A DNA stretch of 27,238 nt from an uncultured Anaerolineae bacterium (GTDB lineage: Bacteria > Chloroflexota > Anaerolineae > Anaerolineales > Villigracilaceae). The stretch is from NCBI GenBank assembly GCA_903882765.1, contig CAIRYE010000026.1:1-27238 (forward strand), read 5' to 3'. The notes under the pieces are model-generated. The model was not told where the DNA came from. It saw nothing but the letters and a program-made list of their open reading frames with translations, and ran no database searches. Below, piece after piece: positions 1-8,934 of the stretch. How positions within the stretch are numbered: position 1 is the stretch's first letter; each line of letters begins with the position of its first letter. The position numbers and the translations under genes are program-made.

Positions 1-24
1 ATCATAAATATATTAATAAATTAT

Positions 25-951
25 ATGAAAAAATCCCCTTCCCAACTTCTTATCGCGTCAGTCGTTTTATTCGGCATTCTATCGGTGTCTACCTCATCTA
101 TTTTTATTCGCTTTTCACAAAACGAGTCGGTCAATTCTATGGTTATCTCTACCTATCGCTTGGTAGTTGCGAGCCTAATACTGACTCCGATCGTGTTGAT
201 AAAATATCGGGAGGAACTAAGATCGATCAAACGAAAACAATTGATCCTCGGTTTGATCTCAGGGGTTTTTCTTTCTCTCCATTTTTTCTCTTGGATAACT
301 TCCCTCGAATTTACCAGTATTACCAGCTCCGTTGTGTTGGTTACTACCACGCCGCTTTGGGTGGCGATCCTTGCCCCTTTCTTGCTAAAAGAAAAGGTAA
401 ACAAACTGCTTCTGATAGGGATGGTAGTGTCGCTTGTTGGCGGGGTTATCATCGGAATTTCTGATACTTGTTCTTGGCAAAACGGTTTAGTTTGCCCAGA
501 TATGAACACCTTCCTGAAGGACAACTCACTATGGGGTAACTTCTTGGCACTCTTTGGTGCTTGGATGGCAGCGGGCTATATTATGATCGGCCGAGAATTA
601 CGCTCCAACCTCTCTCTGATTCCTTACATATTTTTGGTATACGGCTTGGCAGCCATCTTCTCCTTGGGTCTCATTCTAACCATGGGGCTTTCCATCTTTG
701 GCTATACTCCCATTACGTACGTTTGGCTAATTTTATTAGGGGTTGTTCCACAGCTACTTGGACATTCATCGTTTAATTGGTCATTAAAGTATGTCAAAGC
801 CTCCTTGGTTTCGGTAATGCTCTTAGGCGAGCCGATCGGTTCGACCATATTGGGGTTTATCATCTTCCATGAAACACCTACGTTAATCAAGATCGTTGGT
901 GGTGTTTTGATCCTAGCGGGAATATTCATTACAACTTATCGACAGAAATAA
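25..951 (+). CDS. DMT/EamA family drug-metabolite transporter
   Basis: 308 aa, about 10 hydrophobic segments in two EamA-like repeats (e.g. LSLHFFSWITSLEFTSITSSVVLVTTTPLWVAILA; LLGEPIGSTILGFIIFHETPT). Confidence 0.9.
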   Translation: MKKSPSQLLIASVVLFGILSVSTSSIFIRFSQNESVNSMVISTYRLVVASLILTPIVLIKYREELRSIKRKQLILGLISGVFLSLHFFSWITSLEFTSITSSVVLVTTTPLWVAILAPFLLKEKVNKLLLIGMVVSLVGGVIIGISDTCSWQNGLVCPDMNTFLKDNSLWGNFLALFGAWMAAGYIMIGRELRSNLSLIPYIFLVYGLAAIFSLGLILTMGLSIFGYTPITYVWLILLGVVPQLLGHSSFNWSLKYVKASLVSVMLLGEPIGSTILGFIIFHETPTLIKIVGGVLILAGIFITTYRQK

Positions 952-984
952 AAAAATGCTCCAGGAATTATCTGGAGCATTTTT
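952..984. terminator. Bidirectional intrinsic terminator between convergent EamA and malQ
   Basis: AAAAATGCTCCAG (952-964) / loop GAATTAT / CTGGAGCATTTTT (972-984), with A- and T-tracts on both sides. Confidence 0.88.
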
Positions 985-993
985 ATTGATAGG

Positions 994-2481
994 TTATCTC
1001 AAGTAGAGATGGTTATAGGTTCGCAAGCGTTGAATGAGATCGTCACTAAAACTATCAAGGGTTGTTCGCCAAGCCCAATACCCACCCACCTTACCCGGAA
1101 AATTCATCCGGGCATCGGTATCCAATCCCAATAAATCCTGCAATGGCGCGATCGCGAATAAGGCAACTGAACTCCATATCGATCTGACCATTACGTCTGA
1201 TACATCCGGGTTGGATGAGTTGTAATATTGGTGGAAAAAATTTACTTCGTGCTCAGGTGCGGTTTTGTACCACCCCACCACGGTATCGTTATCGTGCGAA
1301 CCAGTATAAACAACACAATTCTGCGGATAGAGATGAGGTAAGAAGGGGTTATCGGGACCTGAAAAGCCAAATTGTAATATCTTCATTCCGGGTAATCGGA
1401 ACAAATCGCGGAGCTCGAAGACATCTGGAGTTATTTCGCCAAGGTCTTCCGCGATGATCGGCAGATCACCTAAAGCGGCTCGGATAGCTTCAAATAATTT
1501 GGAACCAGGACCCTTTACCCACTGCCCATTGATAGCGGTCGGCTCACCAAATGGAATTTCCCAATACCCGGCAAAACCTCGGAAATGGTCGATACGAACA
1601 ATATCATAAATACTTAGAGATGCCCTAATGCGGTTGATCCACCAAGAGTAGCCGGTCTTCTCATGGATCTCCCATTTGTATAGTGGGTTACCCCATAATT
1701 GGCCGGTTTCTGAAAAATAATCTGGCGGTACTCCCGCCACAACGGTGGGAAAACCATTTTTATCAAGATGGAAGAGATCGGGGTTTCCCCAGGTATCCGC
1801 CGAATCCATGGCGACAAAGATCGGAATATCCCCGATGACTTGAACGCCCTTTTGATTGGCGTATTGTTTGATTTCTGTCCATTGTTTGAAAAACAAAAAT
1901 TGGGAATATTTTATTTCCAAAACGGTTTCTTGCTGCTCGGCTTCTACTTTTGAAAGGGTAGTAACATCCCGAAATCGATACAATTCAGCCCATTCGGTCC
2001 AGGCACTTCCGCCGTTCAACCCCTTTATCGTCATAAAAAGGCTGTACTCATCCAACCAGGCTTGGTTTTCACGACAAAATGCATTGAAACTGCTTTTTAT
2101 TGGCGAAGAGTTTTCCAACTCATTGAAATGACCGAAGGACCGTTTTAACAATGCTGGTTTCCAAAGGAAGATCTTCCCAAAATCCACTCGGTTCTCATCC
2201 CAATCAGGCATATCCGAGAGATCTTCTATCGTTAATAAACCATCCTGAAGCAGTAGTTGCGGACTGATCAAATAGGGATTGCCCGCAAAGGCGGAAAAGC
2301 ATTGATATGGTGAATCACCATACCCGGTTGGTCCTAGTGGAAGGACCTGCCATAATTTGCAACCTGCCGCCTCCAAAGAATCAATAAATGAATAGGCTTC
2401 GGGACCCAGATCACCAATTCCATAGGGACTCGCAAAGCTCGTTGGGTGCATTAATATTCCAGAACTTCGTTTGAATGACAT
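994..2481 (-). CDS. malQ: 4-alpha-glucanotransferase (amylomaltase, GH77)
   Basis: RSSGILMHPTS, WQVLPLGP, GDIPIFV, catalytic RIDHFRGF, IAEDLG and GSHDND motifs; 495 aa. Confidence 0.97.
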   Translation of the reverse strand: MSFKRSSGILMHPTSFASPYGIGDLGPEAYSFIDSLEAAGCKLWQVLPLGPTGYGDSPYQCFSAFAGNPYLISPQLLLQDGLLTIEDLSDMPDWDENRVDFGKIFLWKPALLKRSFGHFNELENSSPIKSSFNAFCRENQAWLDEYSLFMTIKGLNGGSAWTEWAELYRFRDVTTLSKVEAEQQETVLEIKYSQFLFFKQWTEIKQYANQKGVQVIGDIPIFVAMDSADTWGNPDLFHLDKNGFPTVVAGVPPDYFSETGQLWGNPLYKWEIHEKTGYSWWINRIRASLSIYDIVRIDHFRGFAGYWEIPFGEPTAINGQWVKGPGSKLFEAIRAALGDLPIIAEDLGEITPDVFELRDLFRLPGMKILQFGFSGPDNPFLPHLYPQNCVVYTGSHDNDTVVGWYKTAPEHEVNFFHQYYNSSNPDVSDVMVRSIWSSVALFAIAPLQDLLGLDTDARMNFPGKVGGYWAWRTTLDSFSDDLIQRLRTYNHLYLR

Positions 2482-2490
2482 TGATCTACC

Positions 2491-3906
2491 CTAAACCAAA
2501 CTCTCAAAAAGGTTTTTGTATTTCTCCGCGGAATTTTGCCAAGAAAAATTCTCATCCATACAATTGGTTTGCATCCGCTTCCACAGATCCTTCTTTTTGT
2601 AGGTCCTTAGCGCTTTGATGATACTTGCCGCTAACTCGCCTGCGTTTATATGTTCGAATAAAAAGCCGGTTCTCTCTTCTGTAACGGTATCCTTCAAACC
2701 ACCGGTAGCACGAACGATCGGCACAGAACCGTACCGCATTGAGATCATTTGAGCAATACCGCAAGGCTCGTAACGGGATGGCATCAGAATCATATCGGCG
2801 CTCGCATAGATCTGGCGGGATAATTTTCCATCGTATTTAATGATCGCCCGAACCTGTTCGGGATATTTTTCTTCAAGAAGTTTACATTTTTCTTCGATCT
2901 CCGGGTTTCCAGTGCCAAGAATGATCATTTGGTATTTTTCACTGGAGATCAACTCGATCGCTTCAAGAAGAGTGTCAACCCCCTTCTGCTGATCCATTCT
3001 TGTTACCATCGCTAGAAGTGGAACAGAAGGCTTTGGAGCTAAATGAAAAAGTTCTTGCAGATATTGTTTATTAACCTTTTTATTATCAATCTCACTAATT
3101 GAAAATGTTTGGGGGATCGCCTGATCCTTCTCGGGATCCCAAATATCCTGGTCGATTCCGTTTACGATCCCAACGACGTCCTCAGCGCGATATTGAAAAT
3201 ACTCCTCCAATCCACAGCCATATTCGGCGGTCTGGATCTCCTTCGAATAGGTTGGGGATACCGTTACAATCTTATCCGCCGCCAAGATCCCCATCGGGAG
3301 GGGTACGTGCTTTCCCCACCAAGGGATCTTATCTGTGATGACCTTCGAAATGCCAAAGCGCTCAAGAATGGCTTCTGTTCCCGCGCCCATATAGCAAAGG
3401 TTGTGAATGGTGATGACCGTTTTTACATTTCTCCAAAATGGATCAGCCTGCCTTTGCTTAATAGCGTGAAGAGCAATGGCGGTATGCCAGTCATTGGCCA
3501 TCACGATCGAAGGCTGCCACCCATCTCGTTTTATAAATTCTAAAGCAGCGAGATCAAAGAAAATGTACTTTTCCCCATCTAATTCGATATTGGAATCATA
3601 GACTTTTTCTTTGTCGCTGATCGGTTCCCCGGATAGAAAGAAAACCTCAAGGTTTTTCTTGTTCGTTTTGAATACATCAACGCTTTGTTTTTTTCCGCCG
3701 AGATCAGTTACAAAAGTGGAATAATGAGTGATGCCAAAAGTTTCTGGGATTATTTGTTTATGAAGGGGGATTATTAAACGAACATCAATTTCATCACCAA
3801 GATCGAGTAGAGCATTCGGTAAAGATCCGGCTACATCTCCTAACCCCCCAATTTTGATGAACGGATCGGCTTCAGAAGCTAGGAACAAGACTTTTATTTT
3901 TTTCAT
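2491..3906 (-). CDS. glgA: Glycogen/starch synthase (GT5)
   Basis: KIGGLGDV ADP-glucose motif, ANDWH, TIHNL, RMDQQKG, PSRYEPCG, ATGGLKDTV; AGGA SD about 7 nt upstream; 9 nt from malQ. Confidence 0.96.
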   Translation of the reverse strand: MKKIKVLFLASEADPFIKIGGLGDVAGSLPNALLDLGDEIDVRLIIPLHKQIIPETFGITHYSTFVTDLGGKKQSVDVFKTNKKNLEVFFLSGEPISDKEKVYDSNIELDGEKYIFFDLAALEFIKRDGWQPSIVMANDWHTAIALHAIKQRQADPFWRNVKTVITIHNLCYMGAGTEAILERFGISKVITDKIPWWGKHVPLPMGILAADKIVTVSPTYSKEIQTAEYGCGLEEYFQYRAEDVVGIVNGIDQDIWDPEKDQAIPQTFSISEIDNKKVNKQYLQELFHLAPKPSVPLLAMVTRMDQQKGVDTLLEAIELISSEKYQMIILGTGNPEIEEKCKLLEEKYPEQVRAIIKYDGKLSRQIYASADMILMPSRYEPCGIAQMISMRYGSVPIVRATGGLKDTVTEERTGFLFEHINAGELAASIIKALRTYKKKDLWKRMQTNCMDENFSWQNSAEKYKNLFESLV

Positions 3907-3934
3907 AATGCCATCCTATTCAGGATCAAGGTTC

Positions 3935-3958
3935 AAAAAAAGCCCAATTAATGGGCTT
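3935..3958 (-). terminator. Intrinsic terminator downstream of tRNA-His
   Basis: Minus strand AAGCCCA-TTAAT-TGGGCTT followed by TTTTT. Confidence 0.75.
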
Positions 3959-3966
3959 ATTTTCAG

Positions 3967-4039
3967 GGAGGCTGGACGGTTTCGAACCCTCAACATCCAC
4001 ATCCACAGTGTGGCGCTCTGCCTTTGAGCTACAGCCTCC
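3967..4039 (-). tRNA. tRNA-His (GUG), includes G-1; CCA not encoded
   Basis: Cloverleaf: acceptor GAGGCTG/CAGCCTC with G-1:C73, D stem GCTC/GAGC, anticodon stem CCACA/TGTGG with loop CT-GTG-GA, T loop TTCGAAA; one G.G mismatch in the T stem. Confidence 0.95.
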
Positions 4040-4058
4040 ATTTTTGAATTGCCGGAAA

Positions 4059-4086
4059 ATTATATCACAGGCCATTATTATTTCAA
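4059..4086 (-). promoter_or_regulatory. Sigma70-type promoter for tRNA-His
   Basis: TTGAAA (4086-4081), 16 nt spacer, TATAAT (4064-4059) with extended -10 TG; the -35 lies in the last codons of hisS. Confidence 0.75.
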
Positions 4087-5355
4087 GGATTTTAAAAGGA
4101 CAGAAACCAATTCACTCTCACTGATCGTCGATTGTGTCATATCTGTGAGGTTTTTTAGGGTTACATTCCCTTGAGAAATTTCATCAGGACCTACTACAAC
4201 GACGGACTTGATCCCCATTTTATCGGCAAATTTGAATTGTTTTTGTAACTTGGCGGGTTCTGGGTAAAGAATCACATTTATTCCTTCGTTCCGCAAATTG
4301 GTGGCAATTTTCGCGGAAACCCCATAGCTTCCAGCGTCAAAAATGGTGACCATGACCTTGGCTGGCAGTGAAGTTTGGTCTGTTATCAGTCCTAATTCCT
4401 TAAGGATGATCCCTACCACAACATCTCCCATCGCGAACCCAACGCCAGAAAGTGGGTCTCCACCTACTTCTTTTAGCAGATTGTCGTAGCGGCCACCGCC
4501 AAAAATTGCACGCTTTACGCTTCCGGAAGTATCAAAAGCTTCAAAAACGGTTCCGGTATAGTAAAGCAAGCCGCGCATAATATTCGGATCAAAACGAACA
4601 TACTCCCCAACACCCATATCTTTCAGGGCCGCAAAAAGCCTGACCAGTTCATCAGAGGTTTTCCATAGATCATAATCAGCCAGTAATTTTTTTAGACCAT
4701 TGAGTTGAACTTCGGTCAGACCGAGATCGATCACATATTGATCCCATTTGTCTGATTCCATTTTATTTCTGCGGTCGACGGCATTGGAAACAGCGAGGCG
4801 GTTTTCGGGGGTAATTTCTAATTCAGCAAACTGTTGGTCCATCAATTTTCGGTTGTTGATCAGGATCACAGTTTGATCTGGTTTGAGACCACATAACCTA
4901 AGAAAATTCGCGGCAACCGCGATCAATTCGGCGTCAGCCTCGGGTGAATTGACGCCCATCATGTCTACATTCCATTGGAAGAATTCGCGAGATCGGCCGC
5001 GTTGGGGACGCTCGTAACGCCAAAATGGGCCAAAAGACCACCAACGAAGGGGATAGGTCAACTCATTTTGTTTCTGTGCCACCATCCTCGCTAAGGTAGG
5101 GGTCAATTCTGGGCGAAGGGTGATAAGGTCACCTCCGCGGTCGGGGAAAACAAAGGCTTGCTCCTTCACCAATTCATCGCCAGATTTTGCCGCGTAAAGG
5201 TCAATTGTCTCCAAAAATGGGCCATCCCACTCCTGAAAACCAAATAATTCAGAGGCTTCGCGAGCGCGGGAGTAGATGAAATTTCGTAAGGCCATTTCCG
5301 TGGGATAAAATTCGCGTGTACCTTTTACACTTTGTATAACTTTTTTCTCAGACAT
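4078..5355 (-). CDS. hisS: Histidine--tRNA ligase
   Basis: KGTREFYP, LRPELTP, RYERPQRGR.REF.Q, RGL.YYTG, GGGRYDNL, C-terminal anticodon-binding domain. ATG at 5355 preferred over TTG at 5382. Confidence 0.97.
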   Translation of the reverse strand: MSEKKVIQSVKGTREFYPTEMALRNFIYSRAREASELFGFQEWDGPFLETIDLYAAKSGDELVKEQAFVFPDRGGDLITLRPELTPTLARMVAQKQNELTYPLRWWSFGPFWRYERPQRGRSREFFQWNVDMMGVNSPEADAELIAVAANFLRLCGLKPDQTVILINNRKLMDQQFAELEITPENRLAVSNAVDRRNKMESDKWDQYVIDLGLTEVQLNGLKKLLADYDLWKTSDELVRLFAALKDMGVGEYVRFDPNIMRGLLYYTGTVFEAFDTSGSVKRAIFGGGRYDNLLKEVGGDPLSGVGFAMGDVVVGIILKELGLITDQTSLPAKVMVTIFDAGSYGVSAKIATNLRNEGINVILYPEPAKLQKQFKFADKMGIKSVVVVGPDEISQGNVTLKNLTDMTQSTISESELVSVLLKSLK

Positions 5356-5396
5356 AGATCGAATCCAATCAATAAAATTCAAGTAGTATTTTGGTT

Positions 5397-5405
5397 TGGT
5401 ATAAT
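5397..5405 (+). promoter_or_regulatory. Extended -10 promoter (TGnTATAAT) for the methyltransferase-deacetylase pair
   Basis: TGGTATAAT about 40 nt upstream of ATG 5445, followed by an AGGAG SD. Confidence 0.65.
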
Positions 5406-5444
5406 AAGAATATTAACTAATTGTAACTTCAAACTAGGAGTAAA

Positions 5445-6251
5445 ATGCAGATCAATTACAAAGAAACCAGCGCCGATCTTCAAAAACGAATTGAGATCCA
5501 TGAAAAATACGGCACCCGAAATATCGATGATTGGAACTTAGAAGTTCTAAACCCCCAACCAGGGTTCACAATTCTCGATGTTGGCTGTGGAGCTGGAAAA
5601 CAATGTTTTTTATTTGATGCCCACACCAAAGGAAAAGCCGAGATCTTCGGCGGCGATTTTTCTGAGGAGCTTCTTGGCAAGGCCAATGAAAAATTACAGA
5701 AATTGGGAAATAAGAATATTAATTTCCAATTTCTCGATTTTAACAAACCCTTTGACTTTTCTGATGGAAAATTTGATCTGGTAACCAGTTCTTTCGCGAT
5801 ATATTACGCGGCGGATCTTAAATTTACCTTTTCCGAAGCCTATCGTGTACTCAATTCTGGCGGACGTTTATTTGTTACCGGACCTCTCCCTGAGAACAAA
5901 AAAATGTTTTATGACATTATCAAAGAAGCTACCAATAAGGTAATTCCTCCAATGCCCGGTTCCAGCCGATTTAAGGGCGAAATTCTTAATACTATCGATG
6001 GAATTTTCGATAAAACTGAATTATTGACCTGGGAAAACCCGCTCGTCTTCCCCGAAGTAGAACCTTTTATGGAATATGTCCATGCCTCCTTGAATGAAGA
6101 TCGAAAACTTTGGACCGATCTTTTCAATTCCCCCGAGGAATACAAAAAAATGATCAGCTCCATTCAAGAAGTTGCTGTTAAATGGCATCAACGTGATGGC
6201 AAGCTAGTGATGACCAAGGTTGTTGGCGGCATACTTGCCACTAAGAAATAA
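5445..6251 (+). CDS. Class I SAM-dependent methyltransferase, substrate unknown
   Basis: Motif I ILDVGCGAG, motif II GGDFSEELL, KFDLVTSSFAIYY, RVLNSGGRL; AGGAG SD. Confidence 0.9.
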   Translation: MQINYKETSADLQKRIEIHEKYGTRNIDDWNLEVLNPQPGFTILDVGCGAGKQCFLFDAHTKGKAEIFGGDFSEELLGKANEKLQKLGNKNINFQFLDFNKPFDFSDGKFDLVTSSFAIYYAADLKFTFSEAYRVLNSGGRLFVTGPLPENKKMFYDIIKEATNKVIPPMPGSSRFKGEILNTIDGIFDKTELLTWENPLVFPEVEPFMEYVHASLNEDRKLWTDLFNSPEEYKKMISSIQEVAVKWHQRDGKLVMTKVVGGILATKK

Positions 6252-6273
6252 GTATCAGTAGAATTGGTGAAGA

Positions 6274-6906
6274 ATGAATTTTTTTGGTAAACGAATTCTT
6301 TTGGTCGGGGCGCATCCCGATGATATTGAGTTAGGATGCGGAGCGTTTCTGCATCAGGTCCAACCTCACAATGACGTGCTCTGCCTAACCTTATCAGACA
6401 ATCAGAAAAACCCAAACCTCAGCGACATCGTTTCAGAGCATTTTGCCAGCTTTGCGGTTTTAGGCGTTCCCGAATCGAAGATCATTCTCGAAAAATTTGA
6501 AACCCGGAAATTCCCTGAGCAACGACAAGATATTCTCGAATACCTTCTCAAAATTCGCAAAGACTATTCACCTGATTTAGTTTTGGTTCACACTCGCTCG
6601 GATATCCACCAAGACCACAACGTCGTAACCGAAGAATCGCTGCGAGCCTATAGAGGTACAACCGTGCTGGGGTTTGATGTTGTCAGATCTAGTTATGGTT
6701 TTTTCCCGCATTTTTTGGTGGGTGTATCCGAAGAGGATGTGGATATGAAAGTAAAAGCCTTATCCGAGTACAAGACCTATCACGATAAATATTACTTTAA
6801 CGCCGATTTACTACGCGCAACTATGATCCGCCACGGCGCTTTAGCGGAAAAGAAATTTGCCGAAGGTTTTGATATCCTGCGGATCGTCGCGGATTACTAC
6901 CACTAA
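6274..6906 (+). CDS. PIG-L/LmbE family metal-dependent de-N-acetylase
   Basis: AHPDD and HQDH metal-binding motifs, terminal AEGF; GGTGA SD; 22 nt after the methyltransferase. Confidence 0.92.
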   Translation: MNFFGKRILLVGAHPDDIELGCGAFLHQVQPHNDVLCLTLSDNQKNPNLSDIVSEHFASFAVLGVPESKIILEKFETRKFPEQRQDILEYLLKIRKDYSPDLVLVHTRSDIHQDHNVVTEESLRAYRGTTVLGFDVVRSSYGFFPHFLVGVSEEDVDMKVKALSEYKTYHDKYYFNADLLRATMIRHGALAEKKFAEGFDILRIVADYYH

Positions 6907-6907
6907 G

Positions 6908-6939
6908 AAAAAAGTCTCGCTTTTGGCGAGACTTTTTTT
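6908..6939. terminator. Bidirectional intrinsic terminator between the deacetylase and the end of the suf operon
   Basis: AAAAAAGTCTCGC / TTTTG / GCGAGACTTTTTT. Confidence 0.9.
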
Positions 6940-6941
6940 AT

Positions 6942-7286
6942 TCATTTTTTCATTCCAATGTATAAAGTGTTCCCCTCTTGATATACCGGATACGAAGGTA
7001 TATCTTTTATTGCCGGCATGGTTAAGGCTTTACCGGAACGGATATCAAACTCCGCGCCATGCCTTGGGCATACAATGCAGTGATCCTCTATTAGCCCATT
7101 ATCCAGCGGTCCATCATCGTGTGAGCAGATATCGCCAATGGCATACAATTTCTCTTTCACTTTCAACACAATAATAGCCTGTTCATTGATCGTAAGAAAT
7201 AATCTTTCGGTGAGATCAACCCCATCCATATCCAATTCAAAAATATCATAAATTGATTCGTCTATGGGGTTCTGTTTATTTTCCAA
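6942..7286 (-). CDS. Rieske [2Fe-2S] ferredoxin (suf-associated)
   Basis: CSH...CPRH Rieske ligands; TTG start with GAGGT SD overlapping the sufU stop. Confidence 0.92.
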   Translation of the reverse strand: MENKQNPIDESIYDIFELDMDGVDLTERLFLTINEQAIIVLKVKEKLYAIGDICSHDDGPLDNGLIEDHCIVCPRHGAEFDIRSGKALTMPAIKDIPSYPVYQEGNTLYIGMKK

Positions 7287-7294
7287 ACTCTACC

Positions 7295-7693
7295 TCATTC
7301 ATCTAAATCGATCTCATCCGCTGAGGAGAGACCATAAATTCCAGCTTTTAATACTTTAAGTGACAATAATGCGCATTTGAGTCGAACTGGACCAGGTTCG
7401 ATACCGATCAGCTCGATGATGCTGTCTTTGGTCATTTTTTTTACTTCTTCTACATCTTTGTTGATCACATAGTCAAGTAAAATGTCCGCGGTTGCTTGGG
7501 ATATAGAACAACCGTGACCATCAAATTTTGCGTCCGAAATACGATTTTCAGAATCCGTTAGCAAGGTTATTTCAATATGATCTCCGCATAACGGGTTATT
7601 ATCCTCAAATCTTACATTGTAATTTTCGAGTGTACCCCGATGCGAGGGATTGTTGTAGTGTTCAATGATAACTTCGCGATAGAGATCGTCCAC
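7295..7693 (-). CDS. sufU: U-type Fe-S protein (SufU-like sulfur acceptor, short form)
   Basis: NPLCGD (C36, D38), GHGCSISQA (C62), RLKCA (C107); GTG start; follows sufS. Confidence 0.9.
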   Translation of the reverse strand: MDDLYREVIIEHYNNPSHRGTLENYNVRFEDNNPLCGDHIEITLLTDSENRISDAKFDGHGCSISQATADILLDYVINKDVEEVKKMTKDSIIELIGIEPGPVRLKCALLSLKVLKAGIYGLSSADEIDLDE

Positions 7694-7704
7694 AGTGTTT
7701 TGCC

Positions 7705-8928
7705 TTATTTAAAATATTCTTTTACTTTGTACAAGCCATCCACAAACGCGTCCACCTCTTGGGTTGTGTTGTATAGGTAGAAACTAGCTCGCGTTGTTGC
7801 GGGAATTGCGAATAACTCGTGTAAAGGTTGGGCGCAATGGTGCCCTGCCCGAACAGCGATTCCGCTCCTATCGAGTATCTGAGCAACATCGTGGGGGTGG
7901 ATTTTCCCGAAGGTAAAAGCTATTACCCCACCTTTCAGTTTCGGGTTGGAATTTAGAACCTTGACATCCGGCACGTCCATGATCTTGCCTAAGGCATATC
8001 GCAAAATTACGTTCTCATGCCGATCAATATTTTCCATGCCGACCGATTCTAGGTAGTCGATCGCCGCGCCAAACCCAACAGCTTCCGCGATTGCGGGTGT
8101 ACCCGCTTCAAACTTATAAGGAAGATCATTGGCTGAGAAACCGCTAAATTTTACTTCTTTGATCATGTCACCACCCCCAAGGAATGGCGGCATTTTCTTG
8201 AGTAAATCGAATTTACCGTAGAGTACACCAATACCTGTTGGGCCTACCATTTTGTGGGCAGAGAACGCCAAAAAATCAGCATCAAGATCTTGCACATCTA
8301 CCGGAAAATGAGGGACAGCCTGTGCGCCATCTACTAATGTGATCGCGCCAGCGGCATGCGCCAGTTGTATCAATTCCTTGGCTGGGTTTATACTACCGAG
8401 CACATTCGACATATAGGTAAATGACACCAGTTTCGGTTCTCGAACAAGTAATTGCTTGTAGTCTTCTATATCTAACAAGCCTTCTGGTGTAATTTTTATG
8501 TACTCGATCGAAAAACCTAGCTGACTAGATAACATCTGCCAAGGAACAATATTGCTATGGTGTTCCATCTGTGTAAGCAAGATCAAATCATCCGCTTTTA
8601 GGTTTTGTCGCCCCCAAGTATTTGCAACCAAGTTAATCGATTCAGTAGTGTTACGGGTGTAGATGACCTGCTTGCTTTTTTCAGAGTTAATGAATTTCGC
8701 TATTTTGGTCCTCGCCGCTTCATATTTTTCGGTTGCTTCTTCAGCTAATTTATGAACACCCCGATGAATATTCGCGTTTGAGTTTCGGTAATAGTCATTC
8801 ATCGATTCGATCACCGAGAGCGGTTTTTGCGACGACGCGGCAGAATCCAGGTAGATCAATTTTTGTCCTGGGTGTACCTCGCGATTTAGAATGGGAAAAT
8901 CTTCCCTGATCAAAGCTACATCAAACAT
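7705..8928 (-). CDS. sufS: Group II cysteine desulfurase
   Basis: YLDSAASSQKP, SAHKM PLP-lysine, HPHDVA and RAGHHCAQP group II motif. Confidence 0.97.
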   Translation of the reverse strand: MFDVALIREDFPILNREVHPGQKLIYLDSAASSQKPLSVIESMNDYYRNSNANIHRGVHKLAEEATEKYEAARTKIAKFINSEKSKQVIYTRNTTESINLVANTWGRQNLKADDLILLTQMEHHSNIVPWQMLSSQLGFSIEYIKITPEGLLDIEDYKQLLVREPKLVSFTYMSNVLGSINPAKELIQLAHAAGAITLVDGAQAVPHFPVDVQDLDADFLAFSAHKMVGPTGIGVLYGKFDLLKKMPPFLGGGDMIKEVKFSGFSANDLPYKFEAGTPAIAEAVGFGAAIDYLESVGMENIDRHENVILRYALGKIMDVPDVKVLNSNPKLKGGVIAFTFGKIHPHDVAQILDRSGIAVRAGHHCAQPLHELFAIPATTRASFYLYNTTQEVDAFVDGLYKVKEYFK

Positions 8929-8934
8929 AAAGTT

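Noticed and set aside
3900-4080. tRNA-His as a prophage or island integration site
   Set aside because: No integrase, no duplicated tRNA 3' end and no compositional shift seen; both flanks are housekeeping genes.
4540-4590. HisRS motif RGLLYY instead of RGLDYY
   Set aside because: The Arg and both Tyr are kept and this position is known to vary (e.g. RGLAYY); not evidence of altered function.
5356-5444. T-box or attenuator upstream of hisS
   Set aside because: Only about 90 nt, shared with a divergent promoter; no T-box motif, specifier stem or leader peptide.
6942-7297. Selenocysteine read-through at the TGA stops of sufU and the Rieske gene
   Set aside because: Both proteins are complete at the stop; the downstream sequence is an SD or a terminator, not a SECIS-like hairpin with continued homology.
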